Assembly: GCF_036321535.1 (NCBI RefSeq)
Contig: NC_087437.1
Span: 13,766,001 to 13,830,000 of the forward strand
DNA from: Camelus dromedarius
Lineage: Eukaryota
Direction: 5' to 3'
Length of the DNA: 64,000 bases
Each line of letters starts with the position of its first letter. Within the stretch, counting starts at the first letter, position 1. The notes below the pieces were generated by a model. That model saw nothing but the letters and a program-made list of their open reading frames with translations. It was not told the origin of the DNA and made no database searches. Below are positions 1-11,692 of this stretch, one piece after another. Position numbers and translations under genes: made by a program.

Positions 1-48
1 ACAGTAGCCGAGATGAATGGCTTAAGATGATGTTATGTATATGATTTT

Positions 49-962
49 AAAATGGGCAGAGGACCTGAATAGACATTTTTCCAAAGAAGACACACAGGTG
101 GCCAACAGGTACAGGAAAAGATGCTCAACATCAGTAATCATCAGGGAAATGCAAATCAAAACCACAATTAAAACCACATCTGTCTGAGTGGCTATTATCA
201 AAAAGACAAGAAAGGATGTTGGAGAGGATGTGGAGAAAAGGGAGCCTTCCTGCACTGTTGGAATGTATGTTGGTACACCCACTATGGGAAACAGTATGGA
301 GGTTTCTCAAAAGATTAAAAATAGATCCAGCACATGATCCAGCAATTCTGCTTCTGCGTATTTATCCAAAGGAAAAGAAAACACAAATTTGAAAAAATAT
401 ATGCACCCCAATGTTCATTGCAGCATTATTTACAATAGCCAAGATATGGAAGCAACCTAAGTGTCCATTGATAGATGAATGGATAAAGAAGAATTTATAT
501 ATATAAATATATATAATGGAATATTACTCAGCCATAAAAAAAACCTTGCCATTTGTAACATCATGGATAGACATAAAGGGTATTATGCTAAGTGAAATCA
601 GTCAGACAAATACTGTAAGATTTAACTTATATGTAAAATCTAAAAAACAAAACAAACATATCAAAACAAAAACAGACTTAAGATACAGAGAACAAACTTG
701 TATTTGCCAAAGGGTAAGGGGATGGGGGGGATGAGAAAATAGGAGAAGGGAATTAAGAGGTACATACTTCTAGTTATAAAATAGGTCATGGGGATATAAA
801 GTACAGCATAGAGAATATAGTCGATAATATTGTAATAATTTTGTATGATGACAAATGGTATGCCATCATGTATGAAAACATCAAATCACTATGCTGTACA
901 CCTGAAAGTAATAAAATACTATAAGTCAATTATACTTTTAAAAAACTAAAGTAAAAAAATTT
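49..962 (+). mobile_element. L1 3' fragment (ORF2 end + 3'UTR, older L1MA-like)
   Basis: Typical L1 ORF2 C-terminal text (aaatgggcagaggacctgaatagacattt..., ggaatattactcagccataaaaa) ending in an A-rich tail. Confidence 0.9.
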
Positions 963-2028
963 TTAATAAAATACTGATATTCCTACCTACCTCCCAGGTT
1001 TGCCGTGAAGATTAAATGAATGTATGTGAAAAACGAAATGCGAGATAACTGTTATACTTAGCTTTTTATAGCTCTTCATATGGGATTTGGGAAGGGAGGA
1101 CTGGGAAACAGGCATACTCCATCCCCAGTTTTGAATAGGGAAGTTTCATTATTAATATTATTATTGATGAGGAACAAAAAAATTCCTATTCTAAGAAAAT
1201 AAAAAAAGAGATGGGTGCTGGGGTTCCCCTAGGATGTACACCACTACTTGGAAGTCAACAGACTTCTGAATCAGCTGCTCATTCACCACTGCTGGGCTGT
1301 TCAAAGTGAGCCTTCAAAGCGTAGTAAAGGACCGACTCAGGCATCTTCCTGGAGGAACAGGACAAAGGAAGACGGAGTGATGGGGAGGGCAGATGGAGGG
1401 AGATGGAAACTGGTGGACAGCTTGTCTCGAGGAGAAAAGTAGAAAACCAGGAGGCTCAGGGCTCCTGAAAAGGCAGCTAAGAAAAAATAATCTGGACAAC
1501 AGAGGAGGAAAATCTGGACAAAAGTTTGTTACCCACCCCCTCAAATGTACCTCTTAGGTTACCACATGTTTATTTCCCTGGACAAATGAGCACTAAAAGC
1601 CTTCAGTTATTCCTGAAATAAATACAATTGAATGTAAAAGTTGTAGGCTAAGAAGCCTTCATTTTGTACTAAAATAAAACAGCAAAAGTCACTGTTGGGT
1701 TAGGGCCCGCTCCACCGACCTCATCTAACCTGAATTATCTCTCAGAGACAACAAAGGGTAGGTGAGCTGAAGGGCTGGTAGCCAGCTCATCAAGAAGAGG
1801 TCAGAGACAGGAAAAGTGTGCACACGAGGAAAGGGGTAAACAGGACACTAGCAGTGTGGGAGAGAGAAGAGCGTGCAAGCAATCCAGATTCAAATCCAGA
1901 CTATGCCACTTCCGTGTTATGAGATCTTGGGCAGAATGCCAAAATTCTCCAAGTCTTGGCTTCATCACTGGCAAAAAAAAAAAAAAAAAAAGATTATCGA
2001 ATAATAATTATAATAACAACACCACCAC

Positions 2029-2422
2029 TATTGGGAGCTGAATTATAGCCCCCACCAAAATTCATGTGTTGACGTCCTAACCCTCAGTTGCTCAGAATGT
2101 GACTGTATTTGAAGATAGGGCCTTTAAAGAGATAATTAAGGTTAGATGAGGTCAGTGGAGTGGGCCCTAACCCAACAGGACCAGGATCTTTATAAAAAGA
2201 GGAGGAGACATCACGGATAAGCACTCGAAGAGAAAAAGCCATATGTGGACCCAGCAAGAAGGCAGCCGTCTGCAATCCAAGGAGACAGGCCTCAGAAGAA
2301 ACTAACTCACAGGCAACTTGATCTTGGACTTCCAGCCTCCAGGACTGTGAGGAAATAAACTCCTATTGTCTGAGCCAACCAACTTGTGGCATTTGTTCTG
2401 GCCACCTTAGCAAACTAATACA
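2029..2422 (+). mobile_element. MaLR solo LTR (MLT1B-like), inside a MIR
   Basis: MLT1 signatures (gtgactgtatttgaagatagggcc, gatcttggacttccagcctccag) ending ...aactaataca; MIR pieces on both sides. Confidence 0.85.
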
Positions 2423-2483
2423 AATACCAACATAACAGTGAGTTTGTGAGGGTTAAATGAAGTAAGGTAAAGAGGCAAGAGGA

Positions 2484-2640
2484 AGGGGGAGGTATAGCTC
2501 ACATAGTAGAGCACATGCTTAGCAATATACAAGGTCCTGGGTTCAATCCCCAGTACTTCCTCTAAAAATGAGTAAGTAAACCTGATTACCTCCCCGCAAA
2601 GAATAAATATAAGTTAACTTTTTTTAATTAAAAAAAAAAG
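2484..2640 (+). mobile_element. vic-1-type tRNA-Ala-derived SINE
   Basis: Head ggtatagctca..gtagagcacatgcttagc..gtcctgggttcaatccccagtac with A/B boxes; AT-rich body and poly-A tail. Confidence 0.88.
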
Positions 2641-3529
2641 GAGGTAAGGAAAAATAGATACCTAAATGGTTGTCTTCCTACCCCTTTCCTGATTAAAAAT
2701 GATGTTTACCCTGCAAGTAGACTGTATGGGCAGAATCCAATGAGAGGGAAGTATATAACACTGACCTGAGCCACCAAACTCCAAAAAACTATAGCTGTTA
2801 CAGATTTGTAATAAACTAAGAAAGATTAAGAAAAATCAGTGTGGGGATAATTTCAGAAAAAATTATTTTCTGATGTCAAAAGTTATTCATACTAGAATTT
2901 GTGTGACCCTCCAAACTATTGATTTGCTAGGGTCTGTCCAAAACGAGAAGAGATGGAAGGAAGGGAGAAAGGATGGAAAGGAGGGAAGGAGGGAGGAAAG
3001 AGTGGAGGGGAGAAGGAAAGAAATAAAAGAAAAAGTGCAAATAGCATATTTGTTTCTACAGATGAAGAAATCATGACTTTTTAATTAACTGGTGTGTCTG
3101 AATCGACATTTTGGACCTCAATCCCATGAATTTTGCAATATGACCCATTCCATTTCTGTAAAAATCGCTTTGTTGTCTAAGGGAAATCACACTGATTTAC
3201 TCATGAGCATTTAGTGAGTACTAGCAGCAAATCAGATCTCATGTTAAGCTCTGTGCCTGTGAATTAGATATGGAAAGTTTGTATTTCGTACTATTTCCAA
3301 CCTTCTGACTCCTAAATTAGGAGCAGACCCATAAGCTACCCACTGTTTAGCCCTTTGAAGTAACTGAGTATGCAAGCATTTTCTTTCTTAGTCACTCTGC
3401 AGCTTGCTTTTAGCCTTTCGGGTTTTCCTCCCCTAAAGGACAGTTCCCGTGGATCACCCACAGATGGCACTAGCTGGCTGTGATGAAACAGAGTTTCTTA
3501 AACATTTAAAACTTACTATGGAACTTTTT

Positions 3530-4307
3530 GTTTTTGAAGTACAGTCAGTTACAATGTGTCAATTTCTGGTGTACAGCAGGGTCCCAGTCATGCATATACA
3601 TACATATGTTCATTTTCATATTCTTTTTCATTATAGGTTATTACAAGATATTGAATATAGTTCCTTGTGCTCTACAGAAGAAATCTGGGCTTTTTTTAAA
3701 TCTATTTTTATATATAGAGGCTAACATTTGCAAATCCCAAACTCTCAAATTTATCATTTCCCTCAGTAGCCATAAGATTGTTTACTGTGTCTGCGAGTCT
3801 GTTTCTGTTTTGTAGATGAGTTCATTAGTGTCCTCTTTTTTTCTTATTTTTAGATTTTGCTTATGAGTGATATCATATGGTATTTTTTTTTCTTTTTCTG
3901 GCTTACTTCACTTAGAATGACGATCTCTAAGTCCATCCATGTTGCTGCAAATGGCATGATTTTATTATTTTTTTATGGCTGAGTGGTATCCCATTGTATA
4001 AATATACCACAACTTCTTTATCCAGTCATCTGTCAACAGACATTTAGATTGTTTCCATGTCTTGGCTATTGTAAGTAGCGCTGCTATGAACATTAGGGTG
4101 CATGGATCTTTTCGAATTAGAGTTCTCTTCAGATATATGCCCAGGAGTGGGATTGCTGGATCATATGGTAAGTCTATTTTTAGTTTTATGAGGAATCTCC
4201 ATACTGTTTTCCATAGTGGCTGCTCCAAACTACATTCCCACCAACAGTGTAGGAGGGTTCCCTTTTCTCCATACCCTCTCCAGTATTTATCATTTGTGGA
4301 CTTTTTA
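3530..4307 (-). mobile_element. 5'-truncated lineage-specific L1 with 15-bp TSD
   Basis: Minus-strand ORF reads L1 ORF2 C-terminus ([16 protein letters not shown]...). Exact TSD ACTATGGAACTTTTT at 3515-3529 and 4308-4322. Confidence 0.93.
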
Positions 4308-4420
4308 ACTATGGAACTTTTTAAACACACACAAAAATAAAGATATTATAATAAACCCCTACGTACCCATCGCCCAATGTCAACAATTGTCAACAAGTGG
4401 CCTTATTTACCTACCATATC

Positions 4421-5047
4421 TGAGACAGGAGGGAAGAGGGCAGGGCACACCCACTCAAGGAATGACAGCAATTGAACACCAAAATGGTGGAAGATTCACC
4501 TCCTAGTTGGCCTTGAGGATTAAGAGGTTTGACTTCTAGTAGACCTTGAGCTTCATTATATGCTCATTGTAACAGCGTGATCAAATAACATGCCCGCAGG
4601 CGCCATGACAGCCCCAAGGCTAACCGCAAAAGGCCAAAGAATGGGCGATGGCTCAATCCCTGGAAATCCCAGCCCCCTCCCCAGGGCAGCTGGAATGGTC
4701 CCACCTGTAGGCGTGTGAAGCTACTGAGCCCATAAAAACTGACACCACCACGCCTAGTGGCCTTTCTGCTCCCTCCCCTTCGGAGACAGCCCCGCACTCT
4801 GTCTATGGGGTATGTCCTTACTTTTACTTTAACCTGAGCACCCAACTCCCACACCTCTTTCCTTGCCTTTCTCTTGCCTTACACTCTATGCAGTATGTAT
4901 CCCTCTGAATAAATTCTACCTTTACTCAACGGTGGCTCGCACTTGAATTCTTTACTGCACGAAGCCGAGGACCCACACCTGGTGGGGCACATCCCAGGAG
5001 CCCAACTGAGACCTGGGACACGGCCCCACATCTGTTTTCCTGCATCA
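4421..5047 (+). mobile_element. ERV1-type solo LTR (family A)
   Basis: TG...CA ends; TATA-like cataaaaa near 4731; AATAAA near 4908; 4-bp TSD TATC/TCTC; homologous to 18734-19365. Confidence 0.85.
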
Positions 5048-5669
5048 TCTCCACTTACCCCAAGCTCGGGGTTATTCGGAGTGAAATCTCAGGTGTATCA
5101 TTTCATCTGTGTTTTAGTGTGTATCAGTAAAAAGTAAAGGCAAGATGAGCACCTTGACCAGGCAGCAGTCTCTCAGGATTTTTCTTTTATTTTTGTCTTT
5201 ATCTCTTAAACCTCTAATGTTTAATTCAAAGAAGTGTTTTTAATGCGACCATTCAGACTACTGCTCCATTTCAGAGGCTTTGAGCTCTTTGCTTTCTCCT
5301 CCTCACCGCCCGCGGCCCTCCCCTCCTTGTTTCTCTCACCTCTACATTTGCATCCAGTCTCTGGCTTCACAAGTGACTGGTTTTCTTTAGGCAATTTTTT
5401 AGTTTTGTTAGAATTTTATTCCATCAAGTTTGTTATCACAACGAGGAACATTAAGGAGCAGGTCAGTGAGATAATTGTGTTTCAACTAAAGATTTCGTTG
5501 ATGAGAAGTTTTCAGGTGTTATTTTAAAACAACGAAAATAATAATTTTCCATTCTAAAGGCTTTACGATGTACTCTTAGTCATTAGTTGGGGTCTGACTC
5601 AATTTCACATCCACCTCAAGCCCTGACCACACTCTCCAGAAGCAGCAGACACTGGAAAACAGCAGATTT

Positions 5670-6090
5670 CCAAGAGCAGCGTGGTGGTGGGGAGAAACTG
5701 GACTTGGAGACTTCATGGATTCCCAGCCTTGATCCCATCACTTGCCACTATGGGACCTTGAGCAAGTCACTCAAACCCTGTGCCACGGTTTCCTCCTCTG
5801 CAAACAGGGAGAGCATTTCTGTTCGCAAAACGCTGCGCACACACATGTAGTTAGGCAGCACACGTGGTGTTCAGAGCAGGGGTTGAAGTGTCAGAAATGG
5901 GTGCGCGTCCTGTGTGCAACCTTGAGCAGGTGGCTTTGCCTTTCTGATCCTCAGTTTCAACATCTACAAAATATACAAAACCCACATCATAAGGTTATTT
6001 AACAGCTTGACAGACACAGTGCATGTTAACAAAGCGCTTGGCGGCGTGCTTGACACACAGCAAGCAGCCACTTTACGGCAGCTCTTACTG
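5670..6090 (+). mobile_element. Two degraded MIR SINE fragments
   Basis: MIR core motifs (gaccttgagcaagtcactcaa..., cctcagtttcaacatctacaaaa). Boundaries approximate. Confidence 0.6.
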
Positions 6091-7896
6091 CTCTGATTAC
6101 TTCATTTCCAAGCTAAAGGGCCCTAGAATCACAGAAACCAAGGGGACTCGAGAGAATGCGTCCCAAGAGAACCCCTTAGGGCTGTTCATACAAGTTCATA
6201 TCTGTTTCCTGGATCAACTTCGCCACAGAGTTTCCCTCAGATTCTCAGCTGGTCCCTTGGAATCCGGCTGTCCCAGGATCCTCATTTCCTTGGGGGGATG
6301 TACTGGTCAGAACTGTACTTCTGGACCTAAAACAAAGGAGAACTGAGCTCCCAAGCTGAAGGTCAGGGAATTCATGTTTTGCCCTCACCTGTCTTGTTAT
6401 CCCATAGACAATCTCAAGCAGTCATATCCAGGTACTGCTTAAAGAAAATGACAGTGGCTGGTGTGTCACAGATAGTGACGGGTTGATGTCAATATGCAGT
6501 GATTCACTTGCTCCCCGACTGCAGCCACCAAGACCTCGGCCTCTCCATCTCTGGGAAGACTCTAGCTGTCTGACCAGGGGTTGCCTCAAGCAGTTTGCCT
6601 CCTTAATGTCAAGTAGGAGGATGCAGGAAGGAGCAGGTGCTTTAGCATAAGTCTGCTCTCGGTTCTCACAAAAAACCTGTGACACTAGCTGTAAGGGAAT
6701 TAACATCAGTCAGATTTTATTCTCTCATTTGTCATTTTAAAACCAACCTCCCACTCAGGAGTGAAATGTTACCCTACTGATGCTCTTAAATGTGGGATCT
6801 TAACAAAGAGAGACTCGCAACAGACGCGTGACTACTGTTCACATCATCACTGAGGCGCCTAGTGACCCAGAAAAGATCTTGTGGGTTGGGCTCAGAGTTT
6901 CTAAGAGCAGGGGAATGAAGGAAGATTTCTTTATAAATTTCCTGTAAAGCACTCTGTAAATAAACTTACACCAATGAATAGCACTCCCTTCCCCTCTTAT
7001 GACAGCAGCCAGAAAACACAGCCGGGGCGTTTGCCATTCATAGGAAACCTAAATGCGACAGGACTAAGCACTGGTGAAATGTAAATGGGGAGAGAGAGAG
7101 AGAGAGAGAGAGAGAGCTAATTGCCCTATTTAAGGAGAAGAAAGATCAAAAGAAGGCACCAGGGATAGCATCTCTCTCCCACACACAGAAGCAACCCAGG
7201 TCTGCATTTCCCAAGCCTGCCTGATCAAGTGATACAGTAATTGGTGAATTATTATGCAAAAATGAGGGGAATTCCTTGGTAAAAATAATTTCAAGAAATA
7301 CTGAGTTCAAAAAATGTAATCGGGTCACACTACGCCAAGACTTCTCTGAGCCTTTAATATGTCCCTACGCCTTTTAACACTGAGAGTGCGAAGGGTCTGA
7401 AGTCTTTCTCAAACATGTTTTACCATGAACTCTTTTATTCACAGATTATGTAAGAAATTGGGGGAAACTTTCCCTGGATCAATATTTCATTTTTAAATTC
7501 TACGTGTTCAAAGCGAACAAATCCCATGTGCTTATCCCACAAAAGCAACAAGTAAATATCCAGATATAGAAAGAAGCAAACCCCTTTTTGGTGAAAGTCT
7601 ACATTCTGGACCCATCACTTGCTCACTGAGTCTCTCCCTTGCTCTTGTTCCTTTAAAATACATCCCCCACTGAATACAAAAGAATAACCCCATTGCATAG
7701 AAATAATATATATGATATATATAATATACTTGTATATAATATAAATATAAATGTAATATAAAATACTATAATAAATACATATATATTATATCTATAAAAT
7801 ATATATCCCCCATGTATATTCGCATATATCATGAATGTGCCATCCCTTTCGGCCTCAGACTCCAGGGGCCGGTAGAAGAAGTAACCTATAACCATG

Positions 7897-8391
7897 TGTT
7901 AGGGTTGAAATGTGTACCCTCAAAATCCACGTGTTGAAATCCTAATCCCAAATACTTCAGGATGTGACTTTATGTGGAGAAAGGGTCTTTATAGAGTTGA
8001 AATGACATCATTAGGGTGGGGCCTGTGACCGATGTCCTTATAAAATGGAGAAATTGGTCATACATGAATATACATATATCTGTCTTCATATTCTTTTTCA
8101 CCGTAAGCTACAATGTAAACTGACTATACTTCAATTTTTCTTAAAGTTGAACAAAATGGAGAAATTGGGACAGAGAGGTCTGCATGTGAAGAGACACACA
8201 AAGATGATCATCTTCAAGCCAAGGAATGGGGCCTGGAACAGAACCTTCCCTCACAGCCTTCAAAGGAACCAGCCCTGCTGACACCGTGACCTTGGACTTC
8301 CAGCCTCCAGAGCTGTGAGACGGTAAACGTCTGTTGCTTGAGCCATCCAGTTTGCGGTACTGTGTTACAGCAGCCTTAACAGACAAATGCA
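7897..8391 (+). mobile_element. MaLR solo LTR (MLT1B/C-like)
   Basis: MLT1 motifs (cttggacttccagcctccagagctgtgaga); interrupted by a tiny L1. Confidence 0.8.
8058..8152 (+). mobile_element. ~95-bp L1 3' end with 5' inversion
   Basis: Exact 16-bp TSD AAAATGGAGAAATTGG at 8042-8057 and 8153-8168; antisense L1 3'UTR followed by the sense L1 terminus. Confidence 0.85.
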
Positions 8392-8419
8392 ATACTTTTA
8401 CAGTCAGCTTTCACTCTAC

Positions 8420-8780
8420 TTATACATCAAATACTCAGTGAGGGCTTGCTGATTCCAAGGCTGTTGCAGATGCTGGAGACACAGTGGTGAATACCGGCAG
8501 ACACCGTCCCTGACGTCATAGACCTTACAGTCTGCTGAGGGACCCGGATGTGAAATCAAATAGTCACTCAAATGTAAAATCACAAATTATGGAACTAGCT
8601 AAAAAGAGACAAAGAAGAGGCTAAATCCTTCACATAAACAGAAGCCTGATCTATTCTGGGGTGTTGAGAAAGCTTTCTTGAGGAACTAACAGATGAGCTG
8701 AGACTTGAAGCAGGAATTGATAAAATGAAAGGAAGAAGGGAAAGCTGTTCCCACCAGAGGGAGCAATGTGTACAAAATAG
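8420..8780 (-). mobile_element. L2 LINE 3' fragment
   Basis: L2 tail text (gctggagacacagtggtgaa..., gaccttacagtct). Boundaries approximate. Confidence 0.6.
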
Positions 8781-9074
8781 ACTTTTAGACAAAAAGAAAA
8801 AGACATGATGAACATAATCAGTACATATTACAAAGATTTGAATTCTCCAGGAAGAAATAATGACTCTAAATTCCATTATTCCAATATAATGTTTTTCAGA
8901 TGTGATAATAAAGTTGACAGAAAGTAAAAGAGAAATAGAAAAAAATCTACCTTCATAATAACAGATTTTAATACATGTCTCTCAGTAATTGACAGATCAA
9001 GAAGACAAAAATCAGTAGAGACAAAGAAGATTTGAATCACAAGACACTTCATTTAACAGGAACTAACCATCACA

Positions 9075-9500
9075 CCGTCATCACTTGATATTGGCAGGGA
9101 ATTGGTTTCAGAATCCACAAGCATTCCAAAATCCATAAATGCTCAAGTCTCTTATATAAAATGGTGCAGTATTTGCATATAACCTACACATATCTTCCCA
9201 TATACTTTTTTTCCCCCTCTCACATACTTTTTTTTTAACTGAAGTACAGTCAATTACAACGTGTCTATCTCTCTTGTGTACAGCACAATAAAACAGTCAT
9301 GCATCACATACTTTAAATCATCTCTGGATTACTTGTAATACCTAACACAATGTAAATGCTATGTAAATAGTTTCTGGAGTGCAGCAAATTCAACTTTTGC
9401 TTTTTGGAACTTTCTGGAAACAAAAGTTTTTTGGAATCTTTTTGATTCGAGGTTGGTTGAATCCATGGATGCAAAACCCGTGGGTACGGAGGGCCGACAG
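9075..9500 (+). mobile_element. MER2B-like Tigger MITE containing a short L1 tail (9231-9303, -)
   Basis: MER2 text (gctcaagtctcttatataaaatgg; ggttggttgaatccatggatgc...gagggccgacag). The insert is flanked by TSD TCACATACTTT. Confidence 0.85.
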
Positions 9501-9899
9501 TACACGGACTGCTACAACCAAACACTTCAAAATACACCGTCACTTCAAGCTCACAGAGAACATTATGGACTAAGCCAGAAAGCAAGTGTCAAACAAGAGT
9601 GTCAAGCAAACCACAGTCTCAGACTGCAATGTGTTTAAGTTAGAAATCTGTCCCTAAAAGATAACTGCCAAAAACGCTTATGGTTGGGAATTAAAGAAAC
9701 ATACATCTAAATAATTTACAGGGTAAAGAAAAAAAACTTAACAGAATCTACAAAATATTTAGCAATGAACGTTAATGAATATATCTCATTTTACAATTTA
9801 TGAGATGGAGCTAAAATAGTACTTAGGGGAAAACATATCCCCTTCAAAACAAATGGGTGAGGGTGCAGAGGGACTTAAATAAGTGAGCTAAATCTATGC

Positions 9900-10225
9900 T
9901 GATGACTTTCTATGTGCCCCACTAGATGCATCGGTTGCCTTTCTCTTCCTTATTCTGTGCTCCCACAAGGCTCATCTCTAAGGACTACATCATCCCAGCT
10001 ACGTTTCAGCTAGATTCTTGCTGAGATTACCCAATGAGTGACACTGGAAGACATCAGGGAGTAAGAAGAGAGATTGGGTTATTTATTCTCAGCTCCCTCC
10101 TTACTGAGCCAAGATTTTGGCAGAGGTTACATTGCTCTGCCTAAGGCCATAGCTCTCCTTGGACAGCCCCTCTCCCAAGGCTACAGGTCTCATCAGGGGG
10201 TCTGAAAGCACAGCACCTTCCCCTC
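9900..10225 (+). mobile_element. LTR33-like ERVL LTR, 3'-truncated
   Basis: Resembles LTR33 (gggttatttattctcagctccctcc; aaggccatagctct...cagcccctctcc); ends abruptly at the L1. Confidence 0.65.
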
Positions 10226-10226
10226 A

Positions 10227-11692
10227 CACAAAACCAGACATATGGACAGTGGAACAGAATAGAGAGCCCAGAAATAAACCCACAGACTTCTGGCCAATTA
10301 ATCTTTGACAAAGGAGGCAAGACTAGACAATGGAGAAAAGATAGTCTCTTCAACAAATGGTGTTGGGAAAACTGGACAGCAGCGTGTAAATCAATGAAGT
10401 TTGAACACTCTCTCACAACATACACAAAAATTAACTTAAAATGGCTTAAAGACTTAAATATAAGACAAGACACTATAAATCTCCTAGAAGAAAACATAGG
10501 CAAAACATTATCTGACATAAATTGTAGCAATGTTCTCCTAGGGCAGTCTACCCAGGCGATAGAAATAAAAGCAAAAATTAACAAATGGGACCTATTTAAA
10601 TTTATAAGCTTTTGCACAGCAAAGGAAACCATAAGCCAAACAAAACTACAACCTATGGAATGGGATAAAATATTTACAAAAGATGCAACTGACAAAGGCT
10701 TAATTTCCAGAATATATAAACAGCTCATTCAGCTTAAAAACAAAAAAACAACAACCCAATCCAAAAATGGGCAGAAGACCTAAACAAACAATTCTCCAAT
10801 GAAGACATACAAATGGCCAAAAGGCACATGAAAAAATGTTCAATATCGCTAAGTATCAGAGAAATACAAGTCAAAACTACAATGACATATCACCTCACAC
10901 AAATCAGAATGGCCATCATTCAAAAGTCCACAAATGATAAATGCTGGAGAGGGTGTGGAGAAAAGGGAACCCTCTTACACTGTTGGTAGGAATGTAGTTT
11001 GGTGCAGCCATTATGGAAAACAGTATGGAGATTCCTGAAAAAACTAAAAATAGACTTACCCTATGTTCCAGCAATCCCACTTCTGGGCATATATCCAGAG
11101 GGAACTCTAATTTGAAAAGATACCTGCACTCCAGTGTTCATAACAGCACTATTTACAATAGCCAAGACATGGAAACAACCATAGTGTCCATTGACAGATG
11201 ACTAGATAAAGAAGTTGTGATATATTTATACAATGGAATACTACTCAGCCACAAAAAAGAATAATATAATGCCATTTGCAACAACATGGGTGGACCTGGA
11301 CATTGGCATTCTAAGTGAAGTAAGCCAGAAAGAGAAAGAAAAATACCATATGATATCACTCATATGTGAAATCTAAAAAAAAAAAAAAAAAAGAACAAAT
11401 GAACTTATTTACAGAATAGAAACAGACTCACAGACAAAGAAAACAAACTTATGGTTACCAGGTGGATAAAGGGGGTGGGAAAGGATAAACTGGTAGTTCG
11501 AGATTTGCAGATACTACTATATATAAAATAGATATATAAGTTTCTTCTGTATAGCACAGGGAACTATATTCAATATCTTGTAGTAACTTCTAATGAAAAT
11601 GAACGTATGTATGTGTATGTATGACCGAAACATTATGCTGTACACTAGAAGTTAACACAACATTGTAAACTGACTATAGTTCAATTAAAAAA
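10227..11692 (+). mobile_element. Young 5'-truncated L1 (~1.47 kb)
   Basis: ORF 10394-10783 reads L1 ORF2 ([15 protein letters not shown]...KINKWD). Frame is broken downstream; lineage-type 3'UTR and A tail. Confidence 0.95.

Noticed and set aside
10141..10783. 195-aa (-) and 129-aa (+) ORFs as genes
   Set aside because: They are antisense and sense readings of a truncated L1 ORF2.
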